Made by a program: the position numbers and the translations under genes. Source: Spirochaetia bacterium (GTDB taxonomy: Bacteria > Spirochaetota > Spirochaetia > SZUA-6 > Bin103). From it: 64,000 bases of DNA. Each line of letters begins with the position of its first letter. Within the stretch, counting starts at the first letter, position 1. The stretch lies in contig CBDAOI010000004.1 of the NCBI GenBank assembly GCA_965198005.1, positions 864,001 through 928,000 of the forward strand. Direction: 5' to 3'. Of the stretch, positions 41,743 through 52,226 are shown piece by piece. The notes beneath the pieces were generated by a model that saw only the letters and a program-made list of their open reading frames with translations, did not search any database and was not told where the DNA came from.

Positions 41743-42679
41743 CGTTCTCCCAGTAGGGGTCGTCGAGGTACTTCAGGGAATTGTCGGGAAACAGGGTAGC
41801 GACCGTGGCGCCGCGCTCGGTGCGCGCCACCTCCAGCGCCGCCCACAGGTTGGCGGCCGCGCTGGGGCTCAGCGCGTAGCCCAGGTAGCGGCCGGCCGCG
41901 ATGGCGTAGCGGTAGGCGGTCTCGGTGTCCGCCTCCAGCACCGCATCGGCTACCGCCGGGTCGTAGATGCCCGGCACCAGCGCCGTGGGCAGATGCTTCC
42001 AGCCTTCCAGGCCGTGCAGCGGATTGTCCGGCTGCACGGCGATGCAGCGCACCCCGCGCTCGCGCAGGTAGCGGGCGGTGCCGATGAAACTGCCGCTGGT
42101 ACCGAGGCCGGCGACGAAGTGGGTCACCGCGCCGCCCGACTGCCGCCAGAGTTCCGGCCCGGTGCCGGTGTAGTGGGCGCGCCAGTTGTGCTCGTTGTTG
42201 TACTGATCCGGGTAGAAGTAGCGCTCAGGATGGGCGGCCGCCAGCTCCGCCGCCGTGCGCTGGGCGCCGTCGGTGCCCTCCAGATTGGAGGTGAAGAGGG
42301 AGCGGGCGCCGTAGTTGGCGATGATCCGCTTGCGCTCGGGCGTGACGTTCTCGGGCATCACCAGCTCGACCGGCAGCCCCAGCGCGCTGCCGAACATCGC
42401 CAGCGCGATGCCGGTGTTGCCGCTGGTGGCTTCGAGGATCGTGCGCCCCGCCAAGCGGCCCGCCGCCAGTTCCGCTTCCAGCATCCCCTTGGCGGCGCGA
42501 TCCTTCACCGAGCCGCTGGGGTTGTAGTACTCCAGCTTGGCCAGCACCCGCGCCGGGGCCACCGACTGGGAAATCTCCACCAGCGGCGTGTCGCCCACCA
42601 GCCGCGCGATGCGCTCGAACGCGGCGGGACGCGGCACCGCCCGCGGGCTGACTATCGTGGTCGCCATCGCCGTGCGCAT
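41711..42679 (-). CDS. cysM: PLP-dependent cysteine synthase
   Basis: GDTPLV, NPSGSVKDR, EATSGNTG, DQYNN, GLGTSG. Confidence 0.9.
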   Translation of the reverse strand: MRTAMATTIVSPRAVPRPAAFERIARLVGDTPLVEISQSVAPARVLAKLEYYNPSGSVKDRAAKGMLEAELAAGRLAGRTILEATSGNTGIALAMFGSALGLPVELVMPENVTPERKRIIANYGARSLFTSNLEGTDGAQRTAAELAAAHPERYFYPDQYNNEHNWRAHYTGTGPELWRQSGGAVTHFVAGLGTSGSFIGTARYLRERGVRCIAVQPDNPLHGLEGWKHLPTALVPGIYDPAVADAVLEADTETAYRYAIAAGRYLGYALSPSAAANLWAALEVARTERGATVATLFPDNSLKYLDDPYWENDDYVTADPFH

Positions 42680-42694
42680 CTTAGCGACGGGGCG

Positions 42695-43516
42695 CTAGCC
42701 CGTCCCCACGAACCCCTTGCTGAACATCAGGTCGATCGCCAGCACCGCGGCGCCGCGGTGGCTGTCTAGGTCACCCACGATCTCCTCCAGCTCGGCCACC
42801 AGGGAACGGACCTCAGGCTCGTCGACTACTGCCATGATCGTCCGGCTGGCTTCGCTCCGGTCGCCGAGGAAGTTGAGAAAGTCACCGAACAGCGGGACGT
42901 TGGTCAGGACATGGTGCAGGCCGGTGGACTCCGTGATCGACGCGTCCTGGATGCCGTGCTGGAGAAACAGGGTCACCACGTCGTCCAGGAAGCGCAGCTC
43001 GTAGAGGATGATCATGAGGAGCTTCTTGCCGTCTCCACTGCGCCCGGGCGCCGGGCGCGTGGGGGTCAGGTGAGCCGCGACCACTTGGCGCAGGGCGGCT
43101 CGGGTCGGCGCCGCGCGCATCTCGTCGCGCGCCGCCCGGTTGAGCCCCAGGCGCGAGATGTGCGCGAGATTGCGCAGGTACTCCTGCGGCTGCTCCTCGG
43201 GACCGACCAGCACGAACAACAGGGTGCTGCGCTGGCCGTCGGCGGCCTCGTAGTCGACCCCGCGCGGCGACACCGCCACGCCGAGCGCGAACGGCACGGC
43301 CCCGGGCAGGCGCGCGTGCGGGATCGCGACCCCATTCTCGAACCCGGTCGAGCCCAGCTCCTCCCGTTCGCGCAGGGCGGCGAGCAGGGCGTCGCGCGAC
43401 ACGCCCAGCTCGGTGGCGGCCATCAGGTCGGCCAGCTCCTCGAGACAACCGGACTTGGTTCTGGCCTTCAACGCCACCGAGCAGCGGCGGTCGTCCAGCA
43501 GATCGACTAAGCTCAT
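42695..43516 (-). CDS. PTS EIIA(Ntr/Fru)-like domain fused to a PII-like C-terminal domain
   Basis: REELGSTG..GVAIPHAR; C-terminal KLLMIIL...SRTIMAVV. Confidence 0.8.
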   Translation of the reverse strand: MSLVDLLDDRRCSVALKARTKSGCLEELADLMAATELGVSRDALLAALREREELGSTGFENGVAIPHARLPGAVPFALGVAVSPRGVDYEAADGQRSTLLFVLVGPEEQPQEYLRNLAHISRLGLNRAARDEMRAAPTRAALRQVVAAHLTPTRPAPGRSGDGKKLLMIILYELRFLDDVVTLFLQHGIQDASITESTGLHHVLTNVPLFGDFLNFLGDRSEASRTIMAVVDEPEVRSLVAELEEIVGDLDSHRGAAVLAIDLMFSKGFVGTG

Positions 43517-44811
43517 TCGCTCTTCCTCCGGGGCCCGGTCCCTTCCGGTCCGGCGCCGCGCAGAATCCCGTACCGCGAGATAAGCGGGCCCACCAGTTCA
43601 TTCACGAATACACTGAACAGCACCACGTTGGTCAGCAGCTTCAACATTACGCGCACCTCATCGGGCGCGGTCTCAAAGATGGTCGAAGTCTGCACCACCA
43701 GCGCCAGCCCGATGGCGACTCCCGCCTGGGGGAACAGGCAGAAGCTCAGATAGCGGCGCACGTTGTCCGGCGCCCGCACCAGCAGCGACCCCAGCGTCAC
43801 GCCGACCACCTTGCCGGCGAACCGCGTCGCCAAGTAGACCAATCCCAGCACCACGACCGCACCCTGCGCAACCACGCCGATATCCAGCCCCGCGCCGGCG
43901 AGGATGAAGAACAGCGCGAAGATGGGCGGCGTGAGCGGCTCCAGCACGGTAAACACCCGCCGGTTGCGGCTCGACGCGTTGACCAGCACCGCCCCGGCGA
44001 CCATGTTGGCGATCAGGGGCGAAAGCTCCATGAGGGTCACCAGCGCGGTGGCGACGAACAGCACGCCGAGCGTGATGATCAGCACCTCGCTGTCGATCCG
44101 TCTGCGCTGCGTGGCGAAGTGAATCGCCAGCGCCGTGGCTGCGCCGGCCACCGCCGACACCGCGATCTCGATGAGTCCACCGCCGAGCGCCGCCAGAGTC
44201 GTGCCCGCGTTGCCGGCGAGAGCAGCATCTCCGGCCACCCCGCCCGCGACCAGCAACGGCGTCACCACGGCGAACAACATGGAAAACAACAGCACGCTGG
44301 CCGCATCGTCGAACGCCACGACCCCGTACAGGTAGTCGATGAACTCGCCGCGCGCGCGCAGCTCGCGCACGATCACCACCGTGGCGGCCGGGGCCGTGGC
44401 CGCGGCGATTGCCCCGAGCAGCAGGGCGTAGCTGAACGGCAGCAGCAGCAGTCCCAGCACCACCGAAACGATGATCGCCGCGAACAGCGACTCGAACACG
44501 GTGATCGTGAGAATCTTGGTCCCCGTCCGCCGCAGCTTGGCCAGTTGGAACTCACTGCCGATGGTGAGCGCGATCAGACCCAGGGCGACTTCGGTGAACG
44601 GCGTGAGACTCTTGACCGTCTCCAGCTCGATGACCCCGGTGAGCGAGTGACTGAGCACCAGCCCGGCCACGATATAGCCCGTGATCGTGGGCAGCCGCAC
44701 CGCCTGACACAGCCGCCCGCAGAGATAACCGCCGAGGATCAGGATCCCGAGACTCAGCAGAGGGTAGTGATTGATCGCCGCGATCGGGTCGTGCAGCAGC
44801 TCGCCAAGCAT
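43513..44811 (-). CDS. Cation:proton antiporter (CPA2-like)
   Basis: LPTITGYIVAG, ATAPAAT, AFDDA, PQAGVAIGL; many transmembrane segments. Confidence 0.9.
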   Translation of the reverse strand: MLGELLHDPIAAINHYPLLSLGILILGGYLCGRLCQAVRLPTITGYIVAGLVLSHSLTGVIELETVKSLTPFTEVALGLIALTIGSEFQLAKLRRTGTKILTITVFESLFAAIIVSVVLGLLLLPFSYALLLGAIAAATAPAATVVIVRELRARGEFIDYLYGVVAFDDAASVLLFSMLFAVVTPLLVAGGVAGDAALAGNAGTTLAALGGGLIEIAVSAVAGAATALAIHFATQRRRIDSEVLIITLGVLFVATALVTLMELSPLIANMVAGAVLVNASSRNRRVFTVLEPLTPPIFALFFILAGAGLDIGVVAQGAVVVLGLVYLATRFAGKVVGVTLGSLLVRAPDNVRRYLSFCLFPQAGVAIGLALVVQTSTIFETAPDEVRVMLKLLTNVVLFSVFVNELVGPLISRYGILRGAGPEGTGPRRKSE

Positions 44812-45034
44812 CAGGCGCCCCCACCTTAGTAGCGCGACCGAAACCGGTCAACGCGCCCCGCATGCCAGGCATGCCAGTGTGCCCCGGTCGTGCCCCGGCT
44901 CACCCCCGGCCGCGGCCACCGCCCTTGAGGCGGGACAGGCGGTCGCTCCAATAGCTCTCCGGACAGGCGCGCAATTCGCCCAGCGCCTCGGGCACGGCGC
45001 GGTAGTAGCGTTGATTGCCCTGCGGGCGGACGCG

Positions 45035-45778
45035 CTATCTTGTCCGCTTCAACGTGATGATGGGGCCGTCAAACCCTTGATGGAGGATTTCCAGCCTTGG
45101 ATTGCGGTTGATGTCGGGCAAGGTCAATCTCAGGTCCAAGGGAAAGTACGACGCGTCGCTGGCTACCGCGTGGATAGGATAGCCCCCAAGACGCGAATCT
45201 GCCAGTCCCGCTTCCAGCAACCAAGCCCCGATCCCGCTTTGGTCGACTACGATCTTTGGCGCCGGTTCGAACATCCCCCGTACTGCCGTTTCGGCCAGGA
45301 CACCCCAGGAGACGAACGACCGGACCACTCGCTGTACGGCTCGCGGTACTGTACTCCGTGCGCCCCAGGCTTCCGTCACGCGTCGGACGATCTGCGACAG
45401 CGACGCCCGTCCCTGCAGCGAGAGAAGGCGGCCCGTCGTCGCAGCCACGTCGCGGAAGAAAGGATAGGTCGCCATGCACATACCCCAGTGCGCGATCACA
45501 CGCTGACTACCTGCGAGCCCGTCTAGTACGTCGAGCCCGTCGCTACGCAAAGAAAGGAACTCGTCAGGTACCAGCACCCAAATGTGTAGCAACACAGTAA
45601 TCGTCTTGCCGCGCGCGGTGTGAGTGCCGCCTCCTGCTACCTCACCGTCGAGAAGACGGTCAAGTCCAATTCGGATGTCAGCAGCTGACAGCCCCTGAGC
45701 CGTCCAGTCGGCTGTCGCGTCCAACCAACTCAATCGGATTTTACGGTCAAATCCGACAAGTCTGTTCTGCGTGTCCAT
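45035..45778 (-). CDS. brxA: BREX type 3 BrxA-like protein
   Basis: VGFDRKIRLSWLD, KTITVLLHIW, HWGMCMATYPFF; last gene after pglZ. Confidence 0.7.
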   Translation of the reverse strand: MDTQNRLVGFDRKIRLSWLDATADWTAQGLSAADIRIGLDRLLDGEVAGGGTHTARGKTITVLLHIWVLVPDEFLSLRSDGLDVLDGLAGSQRVIAHWGMCMATYPFFRDVAATTGRLLSLQGRASLSQIVRRVTEAWGARSTVPRAVQRVVRSFVSWGVLAETAVRGMFEPAPKIVVDQSGIGAWLLEAGLADSRLGGYPIHAVASDASYFPLDLRLTLPDINRNPRLEILHQGFDGPIITLKRTR

Positions 45779-47382
45779 GTTATTTCCGTGGCTTCGACCG
45801 ACTTACGGTCATTTTCTCGATGAGTCAACCCGTACCAACGGAATGACCACCTCTTCCAGCGTGACCCGCCGTGCGCAACCGGACGTTCCGAGGGACGGAC
45901 GAACGACGAGCGACCGGGCGCAATCAACGCGAAATAGTCGTCCGGCAGCCCCAACGGAGGCCATTCAATCGAGTCCGGGAAGTACAGCGGCGGGCGGCCG
46001 CTGAAGCATGCCTGCCGCGACACCATGGTGAGTGTCGGGATCCATGCAAACAGGGCGTCCTCCCGGAAACGCAAGCTCGGTCGTTGGTCGGCGAGCACGC
46101 CGCGCACCGTTGCCCACTGATCGAGCGACAGGCCGTCCATCAACACCATTGCCACTTTCGCGTCCGCGGATTCCTCCAGAGTCCGAGCCAGCATCCGAGG
46201 GACATGGTGGGTCAACACTGGCGGCAGCGGTGGCTGGTTGTGCAAGGTCCCGAAGCGCTCCTTCAGCCACGCCGTGAACGCAATGTCGATCCGGTCGCGG
46301 ACGCTCCGGTAATGCGACTGCGCACCCTCGGCTCCGGGGCCGCCATCGCGGCCGAATACCAGGGCGTTCACGTGAGCCCAGCGCCGCGCAAGTGTGAGCC
46401 AGTCCTGATGGCGCGCATCTGCATCGGGAACCGACCGCTCGACAACCTTCAGAAGCCCTTCCAGCCGGCGCTTCAGGTCGGCGTCCGGGTCCGTCTTGAT
46501 GCCGGCAATCTCCCACGACCCGGCCAACCGGTCAGCGTTCGGATGCGTTACCGGCTGGAGGAAGCCTTCCAGGAACAGGTTGTCGATGTAGACACGTATG
46601 TCACGGTGCTCGAACGGAATCTCCATCGGTCCCGGCAAGCGCAGCGATTCGGTCTCCGTAGATACGGTTTGTTCGCGGATAGACCGGTCATCGGACGTTT
46701 GGCGGTCGAGAAAGCTCGGCCAGCGCTCCTGGAGAAACGCGAAGAATGCCTCGCGATCTGAGACAATCTCATGCAGCGGCCATGCTGCGAACATCGGGTT
46801 CTGACTCAGCAACCGGAAGAGATGATCGTCGAGCATCGGTGGAATACGGAGTCCGCCGTAGTGTCGACGAAGCAGGAATTGGAACAGATCGGGCTCCTGC
46901 CTGATGGTCTCCGGCGCGATCCGAAAGACGTGGCGCAGCACGAACCCGGAGGTCCGGACCTCACCAAGGGGGCGAGGCGGTGGCTCGCGGGTCTGGGCTT
47001 CGTACAGTGCGTCAAGGTGGCTCCGCTCCAGCGTGTCCACCACCGGATAGCTCAAGTTCGGGAACAGGTCGCCCAGGGTGAACGAGACCTGACGACTCTT
47101 CTGCAGCAGGTCGTTCGGCAGTTCTTGCATACGGGAGACGCCTTCCCGTAGGACGACAACCAAGTCCGTAGGGTCGCCGCGATCCCAACGGCACCGGTAG
47201 CGCGACTCATAGGCGAAGCGGAAGGCGACATGATCGTCGAACGGCATCAGCTCAAAGCCGCGCTCCGCGATCTCCTTGAGGATTCCTTCTTCCAGGAGCA
47301 GGCCGTCGGGGTCCGAGGCGACCGTGAGGCGCGCGACCTGCGGGGTAAATTCCTTGAGGATCGCGTCACGCCAGCTCGTCAT
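45775..47382 (-). pseudogene. pglZ: BREX-3 PglZ phosphatase, C-terminal deletion and frameshift
   Basis: SWRDAIL, DPDGLL, LMDGLSLDQW, FAWIPTLTMVSRQ, HGG; shortened between FSGRPP and the tail. Confidence 0.85.
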
Positions 47383-47705
47383 TGGCAGCCACCCGTTGCG
47401 TCAACGCGGACGATGGTCAGGGCAACGAGATCGGGACTGACCTCTCCCTCCCGGTCGATCGCGGCACGCCACGACTGCTCCTCCGTAGCAAGCTGCGCCA
47501 GGCGATGATTCCGCACCGCCGGCAGCCCGATCCGCACGAGCGATCGGCGCCGGGCAACAAAGGAGTATTCGCCCCTCTCTCGGCGCGCAGAGACATCAGA
47601 TCGATGCACCTGCACGAGTTCACGGTAGATCGGCTGTCCGAGCTCGTGGGCCGACTGCTCAACGAGCTCGAAGCCCGTCACGGCCGCACCGCCCTCCGAG
47701 AACCC
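47379..47705 (-). pseudogene. C-terminal remnant of the BREX-3 SNF2 helicase (BrxHII-like)
   Basis: ERGEYSFVARRRSLVRIGLPAVRNHRL tail coupled to the pglZ start; helicase motifs absent. Confidence 0.6.
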
Positions 47706-47992
47706 GCGGGCTAATAGGAAATTTCGCCGCACCCCCTGCGTCGACCCCACAGTGCGCTTCTCGCCACAGGCCCCGTGTCTTGACCGTCCGGGAGACCTGA
47801 TGATGTTCAAGGTTCCATACCTACTCGCCCTCTCGCACAATCAATCGAGCCCACACTAACCTAACACTATCACATCGTGAAATTTTTCTTCGTCAAATTG
47901 CTGAGAAAGACTGATCTCAGACGGGATCCAAATCGCAAAATTTCGATCCCTGGACCGGAATAGCCGTCTCGTCGCTTCAGGTTCGCGCCGAA

Positions 47993-48652
47993 TCAAGGAC
48001 TGTACAATGGTACCGTATGGACTTGAGTGACCCGATGGGTGAGACTGTCGCTTCGACGAAGCATCTCTGATTTGGCCAAGGAATCCATCTCATGAAGCGC
48101 TACCTCTGCCTGCTCAAGACTTGCTCGTACTTGGGCGGCAATTCGTTCCTTAGGCCACTCCATACTTTCTGTTTTGTATACGGCGTCATGAGTCGCTACA
48201 TTCCATGCATGCTGCAAGAACGTCCGCAGTTGAATCTCAAACATCAGTCCTTCGTATTGTGGCTTTGGTACAAGAGATGCCGACGACCAACACACATAGA
48301 GTCTTGTGTCATCAAAAGGGAATGCCTCTGGTCTAGTGGTCGTCATACGTTGAGATGCTGGTCGACGAATGACGACGTCGAACGCATCCTTCACAAGACA
48401 CTCTGCTCTCTGTAGACTGGACAGATTCTGGACTACCAACACCGCAGCAAGTAGATCGTCGATTTCGCCGTGCTCCTTCCAGCGTCCAGACTCCAGCTTC
48501 AGCGCGAAGCTCTCAATGCTCTTTAGGCGACTCTCGTAATGCCAGGCCGGATCTCTTCGGCCCCTCAACAGTTGGTCGACATCTGCTCTGAGAGGCTCGT
48601 ATCTAGTGGTGAGGTCACTGTACAACTCGCGAACCGATCGGGGAATCTTCAT
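47993..48652 (-). CDS. RelA/SpoT-like nucleotidyltransferase domain protein (C-terminus probably broken)
   Basis: SRLKSIESFALK, IDDLLA, FEIQLRTFLQHAWNVATHDAVYK. Confidence 0.8.
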   Translation of the reverse strand: MKIPRSVRELYSDLTTRYEPLRADVDQLLRGRRDPAWHYESRLKSIESFALKLESGRWKEHGEIDDLLAAVLVVQNLSSLQRAECLVKDAFDVVIRRPASQRMTTTRPEAFPFDDTRLYVCWSSASLVPKPQYEGLMFEIQLRTFLQHAWNVATHDAVYKTESMEWPKERIAAQVRASLEQAEVALHEMDSLAKSEMLRRSDSLTHRVTQVHTVPLYSP

Positions 48653-50718
48653 TGGGCTCCACGCAGTAGCCGCATTAGGCTCTCGTGGCGGGCCCGCCGT
48701 TGAGGCAGTTCGGTACTTGCGCCGCGACTGTTCACGTAGTAGCTGCGCTCGGGCGTTGGTGTCTCGTCGTCCGCAATGTCAGCTTGATCCTCCATACTCA
48801 GATCGTTTACTCGGCTCATGAACGAAAGGTAGGAAGCCGCCAGCTCACTGGCCGGGAGTCGCTCGTCACTCAGAGTAATGGAGGCCCAGAGACTGTACAT
48901 ATGCCGGGCCTCCCTCGTGTACCGAGCAAGATCCCCACAGGCGACCAGTTCCTGGACGTAGCTCCTACAACCATGAAACGCGGCTTCCACATCCTCGGTT
49001 GTTCGATCAACATCACTCTCCGAACTCAACGGATCCTGGTATCGAGCCGTGTACCGATCAATCTCGTCCTGATCGAACCCGTGAACCTGCCGTCCAATGA
49101 CGACGATAAGTAACTCAGAGAGAAACTGGGCGTCATTCATCCGCCTGGCCTTCCCGGGAGTCACCACGCCCAATTTCTGCCAAACGGGATGGGTCGCTTC
49201 GTTTTCCACAAAATTCAGAAACCAGCCATCGAATTTCGCATGCCTGAGCTCCTGTCGATTGAGATTCCTATTATTGCGGTTTAGACGGTCAAATACCTCG
49301 TTGAGGTCGTCGCCCACTGTGAGCTGTTCAACGGGGATCACATAATCGAGAAAGCGGCGTAACAGTTCCCTGCTTTTCCTGATCTCGCTCCACTTACGGC
49401 CATCAACCGACGTATCGCCATAGTCCCGGAGCACTATCTCATCTTTCGAGAACATGAGAATAGTCTCCAGTCGTTGCTTTCCATCGACAACACGGAATAG
49501 TGAATCACCATAGCGACAGGTGGCGATACTTCCATCCTTCGGTAGAAGAACGAGCAGGTGGTTCTCGACGGCTATCGGCGCCGTGCTAGAGACCAAGGTA
49601 GCAGCGCAGCGGGAACCATCAGGACGTGACGTTCGTCGCACGGTCAGGAATGGCCCTTCGAAAACAGTTCCAGAGAATCTCCGAAGATTCGTAATTTCAT
49701 CGATCTCGAGTCCAATGGGGAGGTCTCGGGTGGTAGCGTAGGCACGGAGCGGGCCTGTTTCGGAATCGCGATGTGGGACGACAGTGCCAACCTTGACGTG
49801 GAAGAGATCGCGAAGCTTTTTTGATCCAGAAGCTTCCTTCCACCAATCACATTTCTGGTGTGTTTCGTCGCCTACCCTAAGAGCGATCAAGAATACGTCA
49901 ATGTCTATTGTCGGAGAGAATTGCATCAACAGGTTGATGTCTAGAATCGTCGTTCGGGATTCTACCGCATGACGCAAACGCTGATAGCGCGCTCCGGAGC
50001 GCAGGGCGTCCGGTAACAAAGCGACTATTTCGGATCCTGAAGCTAGACAGTCGATCCAATGATCGAAGAAGACGGCAGCCGCGGATACACCACCCTTGGT
50101 CCACGAACAACGCTCGGGGGCTTGGATCGTGGCAAAGGGAGGGTTCATTACAAGGCGTACTTTGTCGGCATGATCAATGCGTTCCTGGACTAAGCCATCT
50201 GCGACAACGATACCAGGAAACAGGCTATGATCGTTTGGTAGGGGCGCATGCCAGCCATCAGGGCTCCGTTGTCTCGCGAGCAGTGTCAGGCGTGCCTTGG
50301 TGGCCGTGACGAATCGTGTGTCAAGATCGAATCCGACTAGGAGCTCACCCCAAGAATGGAGTGTCGCCTCCAGCGAATCGAGAACGGGAAGCTCTTGAGC
50401 GATTGCCAAGAGTAGATCGCCCGCCCCACAGGCGGGATCAACATACCTGAACTTCTGTACACTTCCGCGCCAGCGCTCGACCATACGTCGGGCGACGCCG
50501 CTATCTGTGAAGAACGCGCCGGCCAGTCTTCTATCGTCCAAGGAATCGCTCTTAGCCAGCTCGACGGAAGGACCGCCATCAAGCGCGGCGTTGATCACAT
50601 CCGCGTATTCCGAGTGCGGGTGACGGGAGATGCCAGCCAATGCCAATTGCTGAAGACTATCCACATAGGTACTGAACACTTCAGTTACCTCGGATCGGCA
50701 GGGCGCGACAACATGCAT
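48649..50718 (-). CDS. N6-adenine DNA methyltransferase fused in frame to a partial DUF262 (ParB/Srx-like) protein
   Basis: GAFFT, VDPACGAGD, MNPPF; then VVDGKQRL, VFDRLN, LNRQELRHA. Confidence 0.75.
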   Translation of the reverse strand: MHVVAPCRSEVTEVFSTYVDSLQQLALAGISRHPHSEYADVINAALDGGPSVELAKSDSLDDRRLAGAFFTDSGVARRMVERWRGSVQKFRYVDPACGAGDLLLAIAQELPVLDSLEATLHSWGELLVGFDLDTRFVTATKARLTLLARQRSPDGWHAPLPNDHSLFPGIVVADGLVQERIDHADKVRLVMNPPFATIQAPERCSWTKGGVSAAAVFFDHWIDCLASGSEIVALLPDALRSGARYQRLRHAVESRTTILDINLLMQFSPTIDIDVFLIALRVGDETHQKCDWWKEASGSKKLRDLFHVKVGTVVPHRDSETGPLRAYATTRDLPIGLEIDEITNLRRFSGTVFEGPFLTVRRTSRPDGSRCAATLVSSTAPIAVENHLLVLLPKDGSIATCRYGDSLFRVVDGKQRLETILMFSKDEIVLRDYGDTSVDGRKWSEIRKSRELLRRFLDYVIPVEQLTVGDDLNEVFDRLNRNNRNLNRQELRHAKFDGWFLNFVENEATHPVWQKLGVVTPGKARRMNDAQFLSELLIVVIGRQVHGFDQDEIDRYTARYQDPLSSESDVDRTTEDVEAAFHGCRSYVQELVACGDLARYTREARHMYSLWASITLSDERLPASELAASYLSFMSRVNDLSMEDQADIADDETPTPERSYYVNSRGASTELPQRRARHESLMRLLRGAQ

Positions 50719-50805
50719 CGGCAGTACTAAGCGACCACGCGTCCATTCTTCTATGGCAACGGGATTTGGCTGCCCGTTGTTGAGCGGGCGAACCAGGGAG
50801 TAGCA

Positions 50806-51645
50806 TCATGGGGCGTCTCCACTGCGGGTCAGCGCCTGATCGTACAACATCAGGAGTTTCGGATCTTCTTTGAGCACCAAGTCCGGGATCCTCTGCGCAA
50901 CACTGCTCGCGTCGATCAGCACCGGTCGAAACCGGATGCATTGCCACGGTTCGCCGGTCGCAGGGTCGGAACGGGTACGAAAGGAGCGCAGCAGATTATC
51001 CTTCGACAATAGTGCCGAACAGTGCGGGCAGGGAAACCGATCGCGGGTGCGCATGGTCGCCTGGTCGAGTGCCTCCGCCAGAAACACGACCTCACCCGAA
51101 CACCCCGGGCAGGAGAAGACCTCGCTCCACACGGTATAGTTGATCCGTGCCCCGCTCTCGCCGTCGGCATGGAGCGTGTCATACATCCAGCCGGTCTCCG
51201 CTTCCACTTCGTCGAGCAGGCGCTTGGCGACGCGTGCGAAGGCATCCACGTCGAAGGGCATCGTGTAGTTGGCGGCGATGAAGGTGGCGGCGGGGGACAG
51301 ATCGCCCAGGATCGTGTGGTGGGGCCCCCATTCCGGTGCAGGCCGGCCCTGCTCCTGCCACCGTGCATCAAGGTAGGGCGGATCGGACAGCCTCAGGATG
51401 TCTTCATCTTCGCCGACGGGAAAGTCGGGGCGTTTCCTTAGCGCAGGGAGGTATTCCTTCAAGCGTTCAAGAAAGTGCGCGCGTCGTGCGTCCTCGGACT
51501 CGAACCTGATTCCGAGGCACTCCACCGGCTCGGATGTTACGACTTGTTCGTCGAACAGCCTTCCGCTGCCGGTCCTTGCGGCAACCATTTCCGTCCGGAG
51601 GAGTTTCTGCTGGGAGCTGTCGTCTCGCTCAGCCATGTCCATCAC
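50806..51645 (-). pseudogene. BREX-3 DNA methyltransferase (PglXI-like) copy 2, large internal deletions
   Basis: VECLG, LSDPPY, DLSPAATFIA, NYTVWS, CPxC pairs, joined to the C-terminal EDPKLLMLYDQA. Confidence 0.75.
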
Positions 51646-51681
51646 CCGTTAGGATTCTCACGGTGACCCAGTCAGCGGGAA

Positions 51682-52133
51682 GAGTGACCAAGCTGCCTCT
51701 GCGGCCAGCGGAGCGCTCAGTGACCAACCTCGCCCACTGAGTGACCAACCTCGACACGGTTCACTCCTCCTCATGAATCTCGCTCGCGGCCAGCGCTGGT
51801 TCGCCATGCGTCCAAGAGCGTGAGGCCAGCCTCGTTATCACGTACGCCTGGTCCGGGTGGTTCGGCTCGTCCGGACGCGTCATGCGGATCAGCTTGGCCT
51901 CAATCAGTGGCTCCAAGCGCTTACGCCGAAAGAAAATACGGTGCGAGAGCCCGGTCTCCTGCATGAGGTATGCTTGCTTCCGGGGCACCTCGCACAGCGC
52001 GATGATCTTTCGCTGATCATCGGTCAGGTTGGTCAGCAGAGGAGAGACCAAGTTGGTGTCAGGGCTGCCGGGTTGGTCACTGACCATGCGTTAGGACCCT
52101 ACTAGCTTGGTCACTCGGCGACTGACCAAGCTG
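51682..52133. repeat. Cluster of TGACCAA motifs in direct and inverted orientation
   Basis: gagtgaccaagct 51682 with reverse complement at 52104; cagtgaccaacc 51718 with reverse complement at 52071; inverted repeat agcttggtca-9-tgaccaagct at 52104..52132. Confidence 0.75.
51761..52087 (-). pseudogene. C-terminal winged-helix fragment of a Fic/ATP-binding regulator
   Basis: FRRKRLEPLIEAKLIRMTRPDEPNHPDQAY. Confidence 0.55.
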
Positions 52134-52226
52134 CGCGGCGTCGAGGCTGTTTTTGAGGTGTTCGGCAAGGCCGTACCGATCTGCATATCTCCAGTTGCCA
52201 GCGGAACGTAGCCGAGGCGCACACTC

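Noticed and set aside
48649-50718. MTase-DUF262 as a genuine evolved fusion enzyme
   Set aside because: DUF262 begins just before DGKQR without its usual N-terminal motifs, and deletion joins are common here; treated as a probable deletion product
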